Shown here piece by piece: positions 33,212 through 35,332 of a DNA stretch of 35,332 bases (position 1 is the stretch's first letter; each line of letters begins with the position of its first letter). The translations under genes and the position numbers were made by a program. The stretch is from a virus (taxonomy: Duplodnaviria; Caudoviricetes). Location of the stretch: positions 1-35,332 of the IMG/VR virus record IMGVR_UViG_3300036982_000137, one strand, 5' to 3'. A model generated the notes under the pieces. That model ran no database searches. It saw only the letters and a list, made by a program, of their open reading frames with translations, and was not told the origin of the DNA.

Positions 33212-33672
33212 GCGTGTAGACCGTTCAAATACTGAGTCTTCCCCGCAACCTTGACAGCAGTCAACTCTTGATTCTTCAGGTTGTTGGGGTCATAGCTAAC
33301 ATGAACCCATCCACTATCGGGTATACCCTGAGTGTAGAACTCTAGAATAAGCTGTGTGTAGTCCAAGTTATCCATTACCCACTGAGCCAGATCAGCATTA
33401 GCAATACCAGCTATCTCAATGTCAGCAGCCTGACCCTTGCAATGGTCTGATGTTTTAGAGCCACCAACAGCCGCATTAGACTCTGGAGAGCGATAACCTG
33501 AGTTCACGGTAACAGACTTGCCGAAATGCTCTCTAACAGGCTGTAGGACGTTCTCACACAATGCTTTGAGGTTCTCAATGGTTGCTTCATCAGGCGTGTT
33601 GTCCAGACCCAAACGAGTGGCAGTGTCTGACTTGGTTAGTTCTTTCAGGGTGAAGTTGGCAGATAAGTTCAT
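33208..33672 (-). CDS. Endolysin, peptidase M15A family
   Basis: LSANFTLKEL, SGYRS...N.AVGG..SDH..GQAADI, WVHVS zinc ligands. Confidence 0.92.
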   Translation of the reverse strand: MNLSANFTLKELTKSDTATRLGLDNTPDEATIENLKALCENVLQPVREHFGKSVTVNSGYRSPESNAAVGGSKTSDHCKGQAADIEIAGIANADLAQWVMDNLDYTQLILEFYTQGIPDSGWVHVSYDPNNLKNQELTAVKVAGKTQYLNGLHA

Positions 33673-34154
33673 GGTTTGACTTTCAAGGTTTGGAGGGCTT
33701 CGTTGTAGAGGGAGACACAGGTTGCGAGTTTTCTGATGGCGGCATCTCCTTCGTCTGTGATGGCGATAAGAGCTTTAGAAGTCTCTCCGTCAAGTTCGGC
33801 TGATGCACTTCCTGAGTTATCTCCGCTGGTAACGGGGGCATCTGAGGAGGCTTGTACGGCGCACTCGGAGGCTTTGACAGCGACCCGCAACCGCAAAGCA
33901 CCACTGTCAATGTCACTATTGCGCTTTTGCTGTAAAAGTTTAGCATTTTGATTTGCCTTTTGGAGTTTTAAAGATTGGTTCTGAACAGCAGTAACAAGGA
34001 CTTGCTCCTTTTGCCTTGCGTCCTCATTAAGCGCAGCAATCTCAAGTTTTTGACGATCATTCTCGTCATTTGTTCCCTTGAGATAACCAGTGCCAAATGA
34101 ACTCGCTACCGCCAAAAAGATGCCTAAAAGTACCCAGGGGTTAAACAGGCTCAT
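33669..34154 (-). CDS. Inner-membrane spanin (Rz-like)
   Basis: N-terminal TM, coiled coil, GALRLRV, GDAAIRKL..C; contains a nested lipoprotein gene. Confidence 0.85.
   Translation of the reverse strand: MSLFNPWVLLGIFLAVASSFGTGYLKGTNDENDRQKLEIAALNEDARQKEQVLVTAVQNQSLKLQKANQNAKLLQQKRNSDIDSGALRLRVAVKASECAVQASSDAPVTSGDNSGSASAELDGETSKALIAITDEGDAAIRKLATCVSLYNEALQTLKVKP
33683..33946 (-). CDS. Outer-membrane spanin (Rz1-like), nested
   Basis: Signal peptide with lipobox VLCG|C and a Pro-rich mature chain, fully embedded in Rz in another frame. Confidence 0.8.
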   Translation of the reverse strand: MLNFYSKSAIVTLTVVLCGCGSLSKPPSAPYKPPQMPPLPAEITQEVHQPNLTERLLKLLSPSQTKEMPPSENSQPVSPSTTKPSKP

Positions 34155-34471
34155 GGCTTTGGGGGTTCATCATTGTCAACAGCCTCTGCCTTTGCTGTAG
34201 CAGTTGCTATTGCTTTAACACCAGACCTGCCAGCAACACCACCCAAAACACCCGTGATAAACACCATAATGGTGGAAATCTGTTGTGTATACACCTTGTC
34301 AATGGGAGCCATACCAGCCATAGGCTGAGTGACGTAGGTCAAAGCATAGAGAAACATGGCTACCGATCCAAGCAGAATCAGCATCAAGCAAACAATCACA
34401 AAAGCCCATACCCTAGCTTCAATATCGTCAGCAGTCATACGACTATTTTTGTTCATCACGATTGTTGGCAT
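34151..34471 (-). CDS. Putative holin (2 TM)
   Basis: Two hydrophobic segments, ITGVLGGVAG; directly upstream of spanins and endolysin. Confidence 0.6.
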   Translation of the reverse strand: MPTIVMNKNSRMTADDIEARVWAFVIVCLMLILLGSVAMFLYALTYVTQPMAGMAPIDKVYTQQISTIMVFITGVLGGVAGRSGVKAIATATAKAEAVDNDEPPKP

Positions 34472-34644
34472 TACTTTTTCTCCTGTTCGGGTTTAACTAA
34501 CATTTCAGGGCAAGTGCCTGTAGCTGTGCAAATAGGGGGCTTGCACTCAGCATTTTCCCAGTTCTTAGGGTCTTGGCAACTATAGCGAAAGCGGTCTTCA
34601 CAGCCCGTCAACAGTACCAACGCCATCAAGAATAATATTCTCAT
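34471..34644 (-). CDS. 57-aa Cys-rich lipoprotein
   Basis: MRILFLMALVLLTG|CEDRFRYSCQDPKNWENAECKPPICTATGTCPE; lipobox plus 4 further Cys; coupled overlaps on both sides. Not in the ORF track. Confidence 0.8.
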   Translation of the reverse strand: MRILFLMALVLLTGCEDRFRYSCQDPKNWENAECKPPICTATGTCPEMLVKPEQEKK

Positions 34645-34928
34645 TTGCTTTTCTCCCTTTCTTTTTGCTCAATCTTTTGCCGCATTTTCTCAACCTTCTC
34701 CACCTCAGACTTGACCTCATTCTTAGCCTCTAAGATGTCAAGATAAAGAAACCCCATGACAGGCAACAACAAGGCAATCAGCAAGCAAGCAGCAATCCAT
34801 CCCACTATGTCTTCCTCCACTGACTTACGAACAGTAACCACGCCCACAGGTAGAGGAGGAATATAGTAGTCGCTGCTAGGTACGCTAGTTTTAGCTGGAA
34901 GTTTCTTTCTTCCTCCTTGCGTTGCCAT
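34641..34928 (-). CDS. Single-TM plus coiled-coil membrane protein
   Basis: GWIAACLLIALLLPVMGFLYL followed by an E/K coiled coil; AGGA RBS. Confidence 0.65.
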   Translation of the reverse strand: MATQGGRKKLPAKTSVPSSDYYIPPLPVGVVTVRKSVEEDIVGWIAACLLIALLLPVMGFLYLDILEAKNEVKSEVEKVEKMRQKIEQKEREKSK

Positions 34929-35332
34929 AGTTCCTGCCTCTTTATTGCCTCTTGCTTTAACCTTGCCTGAGTTTGCTCCTCTTGAATTGTCTCTCTCATT
35001 GCAAATACCTCTGAGTACAGTGCGCCCATCTCAGGAGGACTCTGGTACACCATACATTCCCTGATCTGCACCACTAACTCAGCCATCTGCTGTTGTGCCA
35101 TCACCCTCTTGAGTGCAGCCTCCATGTGGTTCTGGTTAGGGTCATAGACGTTCTTTGACTTTTCTTCTTCTTCCCTTATGTGCGCTTCTAATTGCTCTTG
35201 AATCTTGAAGAACTCAGTGAGTTGTTTGACAATATCGACTTTGACTTGGGTTTCGTCAACGGCAATGAACTTGTCTTTCTTTTTCGCCACAGACTTTGGC
35301 GTAGAGGCAACTGTTGCTGGTTTACCCTTAGA
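34805..35332 (-). CDS. C-terminal part of the junction-spanning protein
   Basis: In frame with 1..374 via the terminal repeat; helical, with C-terminal TM LAYLAATTIFLLYLWAWLLFV. Confidence 0.8.
   Translation of the reverse strand, partial: SKGKPATVASTPKSVAKKKDKFIAVDETQVKVDIVKQLTEFFKIQEQLEAHIREEEEKSKNVYDPNQNHMEAALKRVMAQQQMAELVVQIRECMVYQSPPEMGALYSEVFAMRETIQEEQTQARLKQEAIKRQELWQRKEEERNFQLKLAYLAATTIFLLYLWAWLLFVSQWRKT
35139..35332. repeat. Terminal direct repeat, right copy
   Basis: 191/194 identical to 1-194. Confidence 0.97.

Noticed and set aside
34628-34649. Third Fur box at the lipoprotein start
   Set aside because: Only about 12/19 match with a poor right half-site. It is explained by the AAATGA stop/start overlap and the Arg-Ile-Leu codons.
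1-35332. Integrase, attP, CI repressor or partition genes (temperate lifestyle)
   Set aside because: No tyrosine or serine recombinase, S24-HTH repressor or ParA motifs were seen. Lifestyle remains undetermined.

Overview
The window is an apparently complete, circularly permuted genome of a short-tailed (podovirus-like) dsDNA phage, about 35,138 bp unique. Bases 1-194 recur at 35139-35332 with 3 substitutions, inside a gene. The Rz/Rz1 spanin pair implies a Gram-negative host; a betaproteobacterial host is only an inference from gene families and motifs. The minus-strand late operon runs: terS, terL, an LPD23-like HExxH protein, portal, two fibre-like genes, scaffold, major capsid, a cluster of small basic proteins, tail adaptor and nozzle, tail fibre, cupin, three ejection proteins, then an extended lysis cassette across the junction. 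A divergent early/middle region carries Sak3-like annealase, YqaJ exonuclease and SSB on the plus strand. On the minus strand it carries an RHH regulator, a truncated initiator-like protein, a PAPS-reductase-like enzyme, an HNH endonuclease and RuvC. I found no integrase, DNA polymerase, helicase, methyltransferase, tRNA or CRISPR. The most interesting signals are non-coding. (i) A promoter-driven structured RNA of about 440 nt with an internal antisense/attenuator switch sits where the initiator's DNA-binding domain would normally be encoded. (ii) A quasi-palindromic bidirectional promoter next to terS appears to drive two structured RNAs. (iii) A dense array of host-type operator sites (two Fur-like boxes plus repeated GTWAGY-N4-RCTWAC palindromes) precedes a 2-kb probable first-entry gene block whose palindrome content (CCGG, AAGCTT, CCTAGG) differs sharply from the rest of the genome. 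All family assignments come from motif recognition by eye, not from database searches.
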